Source: a virus. From it: a stretch of DNA of 38,837 nucleotides. The notes beneath the pieces were generated by a model. The model was not told the origin of the DNA, did no database searches, and worked only from the letters and a program-made list of their open reading frames with translations. Every line of letters starts with the position of its first letter. Position 1 is the stretch's first letter. A program made the position numbers and the translations under genes. Below are positions 1 through 7,662 of the stretch, piece by piece. The stretch is taken from IMG/VR virus record IMGVR_UViG_3300035492_000219, positions 1 through 38,837 of that record. The stretch is one strand, 5' to 3'.

Positions 1-493
1 CAATTACCTTGCCTTTGCTGCCCGCCAGGGTCGCCGCATCCTGCGCGGCCTGCTGCGCCGCCACCGCCTTGCCGTCCGCGGTGGAAACGCTATTGGTCAG
101 CGAGGTGATCGACTGGCCCTGGCTGGTTAGTGTGTTTTCGGTGCTGGTCACGCGCGTGTCGAGCGCCTGCAGCGCCGAGGCGTCCGCCTTGGTTGCCAGC
201 CCCGACAGCGCATTGGCCGCAGCCGCGGCGGCATCCGTTGCCACCTTGTCCGTCACCGCCGTCCACGCCGAGCCGTTCCAGCGCTTGGGCGTGTTCGCGT
301 TGTTGGTGGTGTCGATCCACAGGTTTTGTGCCAGCCGGTCAGCCGCTGCCGGCGCGGGCGACTGGACAATTACCTTGCCTTTGCTGCCCGCCAGGGTCGC
401 CGCATCCTGCGCGGCCTGCTGCGCCGCCACCGCCTTGCCGTCCGCGGTGGAAACGCTATTGGTCAGCGAGGTGATCGACTGGCCCTGGCTGGT
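1..493. repeat. Exact tandem coding repeat, 366-bp (122-codon) unit, inside J
   Basis: 1-127 = 367-493 = 38592-38718; 1-246 = 38592-38837; 112-366 = 38337-38591 (read by eye). The unit encodes ..VQSPAPAAADRLAQNLWIDTTNNANTPKRWNGSAWTAVTDKVATDAAAAAANALSGLATKADASALQALDTRVTSTENTLTSQGQSITSLTN.. Confidence 0.9.
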
Positions 494-3373
494 CAGCGTG
501 TCGCCCTGCTGGGTGATAGACGCTGTGTTCTGCTGCACCTGGGCGGCCAGCGCATTGGCCGACTGGACCACCTGCCCGATATCCAGCCAGTAAGTGGCAT
601 TCGGCGGCGCGGTGTTGACCGGAACCGCCTGGGCGGCCTGATACAGCCGCTGCCCTTGGCGCACGGTGTCGCCCTGGGCATAGGTGCGCGTCGGCTCATA
701 CGCCAGCGCGTCGACCGTCTCGGCCACCTGTTGCGCCAGGCTGTCGACTTCGGCATTGATGGCCGCCAGGTCGCTCTCCACGCTCTCGCGCAGGGTCGCC
801 ACCCGCGCCGCCACCGTGCCCGGCACCGTCGCCGGGCCGTCGATCAGATTGATTCGCTCGGCCAGGTGCTGGCCGAGCTGGGTCTCGCTGATCTTCCCGG
901 CAATGGCGCCCAGCAGCTTCGGAACCTCGACACTGGCCTGCCCCATCACCCAGGCCGACCACGGCCCCACGTTGCCGCTGCGGTCCACCAGCCGCGCGCG
1001 GAAATGGAAGGTCGCCCCGGCCGCCAGGCCGGTCATGGTGTGGCTGTTGTTCGGGTAGGCGTAGTCGCCCAGGTGCATCACGCCGGTGGCGCTCGGGCTG
1101 GTGTTGTATTCGATTTCGGTGCGCTGGGCGTCGCTCGCACCCTCGGCCGGGAAGGCCCAGCCCAGACGAATGCCAAACTCCAGCGGCGTGGCCGTCAGCG
1201 AGGCCAGCGCCGGCGGGGCGCCCTCCTTGCCATTGAGCTGGGTTTCCGCGCTGTAGGCGGCCAGCGAGGCCACGCCAATCGGGTTGACCGCACGCACCCG
1301 CACCAGATAGCGCCCGGCATAGATGCCCGGCACCTCGAAGCCCAGGGCCGCGGTGCGCGGCACCGCCAGCCATTGGCCGTCATCCTTGCGCCATTCGGCT
1401 TCATAGGCCACCGCACCCGCCGCGGCCTCCCATTGCGCGCGCAGGGTGGTGATGGCCAGGCCCTGATCGACATAGCTGAAACTCTCCAGCGTCACGCCCG
1501 TGGGTGGTGCCTGCACACCAGCCGGCACCACGGATACCGGGCGCTGCTCGATGCGCGCGCCGGTGTCGACCGCGCCGTGTTTGCTCGGGTCGTACTGCAC
1601 CCCGACAATCTCGAACACGCCCGCCTCGGGCCGGCTAACCCGCGTCACGCGGTAGAGCTGAATGGCCAGGTCGGCGGCGTCCAGCGCCCACACCGATTGT
1701 GCCCGCGGCGGCTCGCTGTACTCGGTCGTTACCGTCACGGTGCGGCCGGTCACGCTCTGCACGGTGCGACCTTCGGCCACGCCGCTCGGCAGGTTCAGCA
1801 CCAGGCGGTCGCCGACCTGCACCTGGGCGTCACGGTCGAGGGTGATCTGCCGGCCGGACACCAGACTGATACGCCCACCCAGCGGGCGACCCGCCAGCAG
1901 CTCGTCGGCCACGCCAATGACCCACCCCGGCCGGGCCAGCACGCCGTCGAGCCCCACGCGAAAGGTCACCATGCGGTCGGCGGCGTTGGTCAGCAGCAGC
2001 CAGCGGCCGCGGCGGTTGGCCTCGCTGCGGCGGGTGCAGCCGATGGCGGTAATGTCCTGCTTGTTCACGCCGTAGCGGCGCACCAGGGCGTTATCGGATA
2101 CCGGCTCCACGTCGGACTGGTAGGCATTGGCCGGCTCGTCGTAGCTGACCAGCGCCATGCTGTAGCGGTTCTTCTGCTGGCCGCCGGCGTAGCTGAACCC
2201 ACCCACCACGCCGTTGGCGCGGCTGTACACGTAGTCGACCGCGCGCGGCATGTCCGCCTCTGCGACCATCTGCGTGCCGTCCCAGTAGGTCATGCCGCGG
2301 AAGATCGCCGCCAGGTCGCGTAGCACCGTCCAGGCCTCGGCCTGGCTTTGGATGTACACGTTGCAGGTAAACCGCGGCTCCTGCCCACCCTGCCCGTCTG
2401 GCACCAGTTCGTCGCAATACTGGGCGATGCGGTACAGCGCCCACTTGTCCACCTGATCGGCCGTGATGCGCCGGCCCAGGCCGAAGCGCTTGGCCAGTAC
2501 CACGTCATACCAGACCCAAGCCGGGTTATCCGTCCAGGCCCATTTAAAGGTGCCGTCCCATAGCCCGACATAGGCGCGGGTGGCGGGGTCGTAGTTGCTC
2601 GGCACGCGGATCACGCGGCCGCGCGTCTCGACTGCAACCTGCGGGATGCTGTCGAACTGCGCGGCGTCGAACTCCACATACAGCAGCGTGGTGTTGGGGT
2701 AACGCAGCTTGGCGTCGATGACCTCGGTGATGGCCTCCACGCGCATGGTGTCGGCCACCTTGTTGCCGTCCTGATTGGGCGTCAGGCGGCGGACGCGCGC
2801 TTGCCAACTGCTGCCGGCCGGCAGGTCGACGCGGTGCGTGCGCTCATATTTTGTGGTGGTCTTGCCGTTGACCGTGTAGGTGCTGACCTCCTGCCAGCTG
2901 CCGCCATCGGTGGCCACGTCAATGGCGTAGTCGATGCGGTAGCCCACCACGTCGCCGTTGTCTTTCTGCTGCTGCAGTGCGGGCCACGACAGGCGCAGGC
3001 GCACCGCCGACAGCTGCGGGTTGGTGATCGCACGCACCCAGGGCGTACCGCTGCGCAGCTCGACGCCGACGCCGATTTCGTTTTCGACCGCCGGCAGGCC
3101 GGCGATGTGTTCCTGATGCGGCGTGCCGGGGCGGAACTCCCAGCGCACGCCGGGGAAGTTCTCGCCGCCATCCGGGCCAATCAGCGGCGTGCCGTCCAGA
3201 TAGATATCGCGCCCATCCAGCGTGCCGGCGGCGTTGCCGGCAAACTCGCCCTCACCCAGCGCGATCAGGATTTTGGCGTATGCGGTCGACTGCACACTGT
3301 CGGGCGCCTCCACCGGGGTGCGCGGTTTCTTCTCGCCACCCTTGCGGCCGTGAATCGCTGCTGCTGCGCTCAT
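1..3373 (-). CDS. Tail tip / host-specificity protein J (lambda gpJ-like), first ~1124 codons; 3' end runs off the window at position 1 and continues at 38837
   Basis: Own translation from ATG 3373: MSAAAAIHGRKGGEKKPRTPVEAPDSVQSTAYAKILIALGEGEF..WEFRPGTPHQEHIAGLPAVENE..YRIDYAIDVATDGGSWQEV..RVPSNYDPATRAYVGLWDGTFKWAWTDNPAWVWYDVVLAKRFGLG.., the conserved gpJ N-terminal pattern. No stop down to base 1, so it is absent from the ORF track. The frame matches ORF 37099..38835 through the end identity (position 1 = 38592; 38835-38592 is divisible by 3). Confidence 0.88.
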   Translation of the reverse strand, partial: MSAAAAIHGRKGGEKKPRTPVEAPDSVQSTAYAKILIALGEGEFAGNAAGTLDGRDIYLDGTPLIGPDGGENFPGVRWEFRPGTPHQEHIAGLPAVENEIGVGVELRSGTPWVRAITNPQLSAVRLRLSWPALQQQKDNGDVVGYRIDYAIDVATDGGSWQEVSTYTVNGKTTTKYERTHRVDLPAGSSWQARVRRLTPNQDGNKVADTMRVEAITEVIDAKLRYPNTTLLYVEFDAAQFDSIPQVAVETRGRVIRVPSNYDPATRAYVGLWDGTFKWAWTDNPAWVWYDVVLAKRFGLGRRITADQVDKWALYRIAQYCDELVPDGQGGQEPRFTCNVYIQSQAEAWTVLRDLAAIFRGMTYWDGTQMVAEADMPRAVDYVYSRANGVVGGFSYAGGQQKNRYSMALVSYDEPANAYQSDVEPVSDNALVRRYGVNKQDITAIGCTRRSEANRRGRWLLLTNAADRMVTFRVGLDGVLARPGWVIGVADELLAGRPLGGRISLVSGRQITLDRDAQVQVGDRLVLNLPSGVAEGRTVQSVTGRTVTVTTEYSEPPRAQSVWALDAADLAIQLYRVTRVSRPEAGVFEIVGVQYDPSKHGAVDTGARIEQRPVSVVPAGVQAPPTGVTLESFSYVDQGLAITTLRAQWEAAAGAVAYEAEWRKDDGQWLAVPRTAALGFEVPGIYAGRYLVRVRAVNPIGVASLAAYSAETQLNGKEGAPPALASLTATPLEFGIRLGWAFPAEGASDAQRTEIEYNTSPSATGVMHLGDYAYPNNSHTMTGLAAGATFHFRARLVDRSGNVGPWSAWVMGQASVEVPKLLGAIAGKISETQLGQHLAERINLIDGPATVPGTVAARVATLRESVESDLAAINAEVDSLAQQVAETVDALAYEPTRTYAQGDTVRQGQRLYQAAQAVPVNTAPPNATYWLDIGQVVQSANALAAQVQQNTASITQQGDTLTSQGQSITSLTNSVSTADGKAVAAQQAAQDAATLAGSKGKVIVQSPAPAAADRLAQNLWIDTTNNANTPKRWNGSAWTAVTDKVATDAAAAAANALSGLATKADASALQALDTRVTSTENTLTSQGQSITSLTNSVSTADGKAVAAQQAAQDAATLAGSKGKVI

Positions 3374-3385
3374 GCGGGAACCTCG

Positions 3386-3416
3386 AAAACGAAAAAGCCC
3401 GGCGCATGGCCGGGCT
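3386..3416 (-). terminator. Intrinsic-terminator-like hairpin between gpI-like and J genes
   Basis: Minus strand: AGCCCGGC-catgc-GCCGGGCT followed by TTTTTCGTTTTC, then an RBS-like GAGG and the J ATG. Confidence 0.5.
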
Positions 3417-3438
3417 CAGGAATGGGAAGCGTGCGGGT

Positions 3439-4005
3439 TTACAGCTGGTCTTCGGCGTAGATGCCGCCGGAAATGATCGCCCCGCCGATGCGGCGTTTGC
3501 CGTACAGCAGGCCGACCGGGTTGCCCTGGGCGGTGGTGTTGACCGCGCCGCCGAAGGCATACGACGGTTTGTTTTCCGGCGCCTCACGGCCGGACAGGCC
3601 GGTCGCCTGCGGCGCGAGCATCTGCGCCACGCCACCGGCCATCATCCCGGCGCCGGCGGCGACCAGCCAGCCTTGGCCGGTGTACACGCCCACCGCCACC
3701 AGCACCGCGCCCAGCACGGTGGAAAACACGCCGCCGTTCTTGCTGCCGATGATCACCGGCGCAATGCGGATATCCCCCTGCCGGCCTTCCAACTGCAGCT
3801 CCTGCTCGGTCAGGTTGCGCCGGCCGTAGAACACCGCATACGTCAGCCCACGGTCGGCGCTGGTGGCCAGGTATTGCTCGAAGCCCGGCAGCTGCGCGCA
3901 CAGCGCGCGGATCGCTTCGGCCGGGCTCGCCACGGCCAGGCGAAACACCCGGCCGAAGCGCGCACCCAGCACGCCGTAAAGGCGCACGGTTCGCAGTTGA
4001 TTCAT
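3439..4005 (-). CDS. Tail assembly protein I (lambda gpI-like)
   Basis: MNQLRTVRLYGVLGARFGRVFRLAVASPAEAIRALCAQLPGF.. with a Gly/Ala-rich hydrophobic C-terminus. The ATG at 4005 overlaps the gpK stop (ATGA). The upstream part of track ORF 3439..4257 overlaps gpK and is not believed. Confidence 0.8.
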   Translation of the reverse strand: MNQLRTVRLYGVLGARFGRVFRLAVASPAEAIRALCAQLPGFEQYLATSADRGLTYAVFYGRRNLTEQELQLEGRQGDIRIAPVIIGSKNGGVFSTVLGAVLVAVGVYTGQGWLVAAGAGMMAGGVAQMLAPQATGLSGREAPENKPSYAFGGAVNTTAQGNPVGLLYGKRRIGGAIISGGIYAEDQL

Positions 4006-4718
4006 GCCGCCCCCTTGTAGCGCACCACCAGCGCGGTGCGGTCCAGCCAATAGCCGCCATATGCCACCCGGCCACTCGGGCGGCCATACAGGTGGTGCAG
4101 CAGCTGTCCATCGCCCAGGTACACGCCGCCGTGGTTCACCGCCGGCGCCTGCACCTGCATCAGCACCACGTCGCCGCGCTGCAATGGGCCGCTGGCCACC
4201 TCGAACCCAGCCTGCTCGAAACGCTCCAGATAGTGGTTTTCGCCGTTGTGCCACCAACCATCCGCGCGCGGAAAGTCGGGCAGCGTGATGCCGTATTCCA
4301 GCTGGTAAAAGCCGCGGATCAGCCCGTAGCAGTCATAGTCGGTGCCATGCACGAACGGCCGCCCCTCCAGCGGGGCCACGCCCTCGCACGGGGTCAGCAC
4401 GTTAAGGTCACCCTCGGGCCAGCTCAGGATGTACCAGGGCACCGTGCCGGCGTTGCACAGCGCCACGTCGGCGGCACTGGCGCGGCTGGTAGCGTCGGGG
4501 TGCGAATGCACCACGCCGACGATGGTGCCCAGGTCTTCGGCGGCGGCGTAGTCGGCCGGGTCCAGCTCGAAGCGATCGGCACCGGCGGCGCCCTCGGCCA
4601 GGTTGCGGCAGCGCACGTACTGCTGGCGGCGGCCGATCTGCACCACCAGGCCGCAGCACTCGCGCGGGTACTCGGCCGCGGCGTGCGCGCGAACGGCTTT
4701 CAGGATGTGTTTACGCAT
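4002..4718 (-). CDS. Tail tip assembly protein K (MPN/JAB plus NlpC/P60 domains, lambda gpK-like)
   Basis: N-terminal ..EYPRECCGLVV..HSHPDATSRASAADV (JAMM-like HxH..S..D) and a C-terminal NlpC/P60-like region. Position between L and I. Confidence 0.85.
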   Translation of the reverse strand: MRKHILKAVRAHAAAEYPRECCGLVVQIGRRQQYVRCRNLAEGAAGADRFELDPADYAAAEDLGTIVGVVHSHPDATSRASAADVALCNAGTVPWYILSWPEGDLNVLTPCEGVAPLEGRPFVHGTDYDCYGLIRGFYQLEYGITLPDFPRADGWWHNGENHYLERFEQAGFEVASGPLQRGDVVLMQVQAPAVNHGGVYLGDGQLLHHLYGRPSGRVAYGGYWLDRTALVVRYKGAA

Positions 4719-4721
4719 GGG

Positions 4722-5471
4722 TCATTGCCTCAGCAGGCCGGCGCCTGGGAAGCCGCCGTGTGGCAGCGGGTTGTTCGCACCGAAGCGCGCTTTGCAGTCG
4801 CTCAGCAGGCCGCCGCAGCGGTCGCGGGCGGGGTCATCGGTTGGGTTGCCGTCAATGTCGGCCACCGGGCCGCCGGTGTAGCCGCAGTCGGGGCCGCGGT
4901 ACTCGCCGCACATGGCCCAGTCGCACAGCGCGTGAATCTGCCGCGCCGGGATCTTCTGCCCCTGCACGTCCGCCGGCGAGCTGAGCGCAAAGGCCACAGC
5001 CTCGCCGTTCTCGCCGGTCTTCTGCTCGATGTACCAGACCTGGGTTTTTTCCTGGGTCGGGTCCGCGGTCGGGTTGCCGCCCTCGAAGTTCACCGCGTCG
5101 AGGTAGTGGGCAAAGGTGGTACGCACCGTGACGCGCGCCTGGGCCAGATCGGCGAACAGCAGGCACAGCGCGCTGATCGAGCCGTCGAGGTTGCCCACCG
5201 TCAGCGTCGGCGAAGGCGCCGGGCCGTCGCCGTCCAGCGCGAAGCCTTCGGCCTTGACCGGCCACGCGCGGTATTCCTGCCCCTGCCACCAGATCGACTT
5301 GGCGCGCAGCGGCTCGGGGCTGTTCGCCGCGGCCGCCAGCTCGGCCGGCGTATGCGCCACGGCGTGGCCATGAAAGTGCAGTACATCCCCACCGAACGCC
5401 GTGCAGTCGATGACGTACAGCGTCACCTCGGCGCCGGGTTCCAGCAGCTGCACATCGGCATTGATGCCCAT
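4722..5471 (-). CDS. Minor tail protein L (lambda gpL-like)
   Basis: [22 protein letters not shown].. and a Cys-rich C-terminus ([29 protein letters not shown]), as in gpL Fe-S ligands. Confidence 0.85.
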   Translation of the reverse strand: MGINADVQLLEPGAEVTLYVIDCTAFGGDVLHFHGHAVAHTPAELAAAANSPEPLRAKSIWWQGQEYRAWPVKAEGFALDGDGPAPSPTLTVGNLDGSISALCLLFADLAQARVTVRTTFAHYLDAVNFEGGNPTADPTQEKTQVWYIEQKTGENGEAVAFALSSPADVQGQKIPARQIHALCDWAMCGEYRGPDCGYTGGPVADIDGNPTDDPARDRCGGLLSDCKARFGANNPLPHGGFPGAGLLRQ

Positions 5472-5474
5472 CGG

Positions 5475-5828
5475 TCACTCTCCAGAAACAGCAAGCCCCG
5501 CACGGGGCGGGGCTTCGGGTGGTGGCGTGACGGGTGACGGCGGCGAATGCTCGCGCGCCAGTTCGCCCAGGTACGCCAGCTGACAATGCCGCAGCGCGCC
5601 CACGCGGTCGCGCCAGAACAGCGCATTTATCAGCCGCTCAGCCAGCCGCCAGCGGCGTTTCGCTGGCGTGCGCAGCTGGGCGCTCCGGTAGGCGCGGCTC
5701 GACAGCGTTTCGTCCACAAAGCCCCACAGCAGCGCGTTGGCGAGCTGGTCCAGGGCGATCAGCAGGGCCAGCCAGTACGGCCGGCGGCCATAGCGGGCGA
5801 CGTAGGTGGTCAGGTCCAGCTTATTCAT
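5475..5828 (-). CDS. Hypothetical protein with one hydrophobic segment (..RPYWLALLIALDQLANALLWGF..DETLSSRAY..)
   Basis: ORF in the tail operon, overlapping the upstream gene by 8 nt. The last ~14 codons run through the repeated hairpin element 5493-5515. Function unknown. Confidence 0.55.
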   Translation of the reverse strand: MNKLDLTTYVARYGRRPYWLALLIALDQLANALLWGFVDETLSSRAYRSAQLRTPAKRRWRLAERLINALFWRDRVGALRHCQLAYLGELAREHSPPSPVTPPPEAPPRAGLAVSGE

Positions 5829-6153
5829 GGCTGGCCACCCATAGCCGCGCCTGCTCGGCGCCGGCCAGGTGCAGCGCCTCGGACAGCTCGGCGGCGGTCA
5901 CGGCCACCGGCGTGTTGTCCGCCAGCACCCAGGTTACGGTCGCGCCCTCGCCGGCTTCCTGCAGGCCGAGAATGGCGCGAGCCATACGGGCCTGGCTGAT
6001 TTCGTCGCCGTCGAACACTCGGCCGCTGGCGGTGGTCACCTTGATATTCCGCACCGCCTCGGCGCGGCGCGTTTTCCACGCCTCGCGCGCCGCTTGTGCG
6101 GCCTGCTGGGCCTTGTCGTCAGCGGTGATCAGTTGGGAATAGTCGATGTTCAT
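5821..6153 (-). CDS. DUF4376-like protein (tail-fibre associated, possible fibre assembly factor)
   Basis: ..IKVTTASGRVFDGDEISQARMARAILG..VTWVLADNTPVAVTAAEL.. resembles the DUF4376 pattern commonly found next to phage fibre genes. Confidence 0.55.
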   Translation of the reverse strand: MNIDYSQLITADDKAQQAAQAAREAWKTRRAEAVRNIKVTTASGRVFDGDEISQARMARAILGLQEAGEGATVTWVLADNTPVAVTAAELSEALHLAGAEQARLWVASHE

Positions 6154-6494
6154 TCGGGCAGTTCCTCGGGCATATCGAGCAGCGGTTCCGGCTCGTGGGC
6201 GGGGTCGAACGGCAGATCAATCTCGCCATCGACCATCACCACCAGCGGCTTGGGGAAGGCCACGGCCTGGCTTGGGTTCGGCCCGTGCGGCAGGCGCAGG
6301 GTCAGGTGCAGGTCACCGTCAATGCGCGACACAGGGCCGACGATCCAGTCCGAATCAATTGCCTCAGCTGGCAACGTGGCGCCCTCGGGTAGCTGCCCGA
6401 AGTCGAAGGCCTCGCCGTTGAGGGTCAGCACGTCGCCGGCACGGGTGGCGGACAGGGTTTCGTCCAGGCGGACGGGGGAAAGGGTGATGTGCAT
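6150..6494 (-). CDS. Hypothetical protein, fibre cassette
   Basis: 114-aa acidic ORF. Its start overlaps nothing and its stop overlaps the next gene by 4 nt. No recognised motif. Confidence 0.55.
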   Translation of the reverse strand: MHITLSPVRLDETLSATRAGDVLTLNGEAFDFGQLPEGATLPAEAIDSDWIVGPVSRIDGDLHLTLRLPHGPNPSQAVAFPKPLVVMVDGEIDLPFDPAHEPEPLLDMPEELPE

Positions 6495-6503
6495 GAGCGC
6501 TCC

Positions 6504-7319
6504 TTACTGCCATCGTCCGATGGCGAAACCGTCAATTGTCGAGCCAGTGCGCGATGCCACTCCCATTGCTCTCAGGGTCGTACCGTTACCGCCTGTACCA
6601 GTGGCGTTCGCACCCCACTCGGAATGGTTACCTCCTGCGCTTGAGGTCGCAAATATGGGGGCCGAGTTGATGAATGCGGCCGGGAACTCCCAACTGACAA
6701 GGCCCCGAAAAAGCGAGCCTGCCGCTACGTTTATATCTATCGTCAGGTTCCTCACCCAGCAAATCTGCAGGCCGTTCGGGAATCGTGCATAGTCGCCGTT
6801 CGCATTGCTCCCGTACTCCGCACCGATGCCCACCCATGCGCCCCACGTCCCGGACTTGGTGCGAAACCAAGCCTTGTTATAAACGCGGTCAAGGTATATC
6901 TGCGCGCAGTAGGATGAGCCTGTGTCGCCGGTGACAAACAACATGCCGCGGGATGGGCTAGCGCCGATTGGGAAATTTTGAAAGTCCACCGGCGTGCCGC
7001 TATTCAGCCCGTAAAAACCAGAGCTTTCGTAAGCGTTTGCATCCATCTGTCCGGCATAAAGCTGCTTGCCCAGGCCGAATGCCCCATAGGCAAGCAACAT
7101 GCCGTTAACGCCGTCCAACGCATTCACCTGCGCGGCCCTCGTCGCCGCCGTCCCAAGCCCGAACATATCCCGCGCGGCTTGCTTCTGCGCCGCCGTGCCG
7201 GGCAGTGCCGCCGGATACAGCTCGGCAAAGTTGGCAATGGCCTTTTCGAACGCCGTGCGGGCGCTGTCGCCGCCGGCGCCGCTGCCGGTGGCGCCGAGGT
7301 TGATGATCTGTTGTGGCAT
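6504..7319 (-). CDS. Tail fibre-like protein with knob-type C-terminal domain
   Basis: N-terminus MPQQIINLGATGSGAGGDSARTAFEKAIANFAELY is the typical phage fibre/pyocin-fibre opening. The Trp/Gly-rich C-terminal half (6504-~7000) is visibly less GC-rich than its surroundings. Confidence 0.65.
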   Translation of the reverse strand: MPQQIINLGATGSGAGGDSARTAFEKAIANFAELYPAALPGTAAQKQAARDMFGLGTAATRAAQVNALDGVNGMLLAYGAFGLGKQLYAGQMDANAYESSGFYGLNSGTPVDFQNFPIGASPSRGMLFVTGDTGSSYCAQIYLDRVYNKAWFRTKSGTWGAWVGIGAEYGSNANGDYARFPNGLQICWVRNLTIDINVAAGSLFRGLVSWEFPAAFINSAPIFATSSAGGNHSEWGANATGTGGNGTTLRAMGVASRTGSTIDGFAIGRWQ

Positions 7320-7326
7320 GCGTGCC

Positions 7327-7662
7327 TCACGGGTGGTATGCGGTTTCGAAGGTCACGGCCAGGGTGTAAACCCGGCCATGCCCTGTCAGGGAAAGTTCGC
7401 TGCGCTGGTACAAGCCCAGCTCGCCCAGCGGCGGCGTCCAGAGAAAGGCCTTGGCCTTGCCGTGGCGGCGCAGAAAGGCGCGGATCGGCTGCAGGTACTC
7501 GGGCGTACCCGTGAACGTCAGCGGCCAGCTGTGCGTGGTGGCGTTGATGCCGTCGACCACCGACTGGGCGTAACCGTCACCGAACTGCACCCGGCGGGTG
7601 CGTTCATCCTCGGTGCCGGTCGCGCCCAGGCGCGGCGACCATGTGAAGGTTTCAAGCGGCAT
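7327..7662 (-). CDS. Minor tail protein M (lambda gpM-like)
   Basis: MPLETFTWSPRLGATGTEDERTRRVQFGDGYAQSV..WPLTF.. matches the gpM family pattern. Lies immediately after the tape measure. Confidence 0.85.
   Translation of the reverse strand: MPLETFTWSPRLGATGTEDERTRRVQFGDGYAQSVVDGINATTHSWPLTFTGTPEYLQPIRAFLRRHGKAKAFLWTPPLGELGLYQRSELSLTGHGRVYTLAVTFETAYHP

Noticed and set aside
326-2323. 665-aa plus-strand ORF. Similar long plus-strand ORFs occur at 4092..5537, 8769..11150, 14341..15609, 15953..16957, 17078..18139, 19338..20195, 22289..23335, 24396..25319, 25415..26566 and 34491..35417.
   Set aside because: Arg/Gly/Ala/His/Pro-rich, low-complexity translations lying antisense to clearly recognisable minus-strand genes (J, K/L, tape measure, capsid, protease/portal, terL and others). 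These are typical shadow ORFs of GC-rich DNA.
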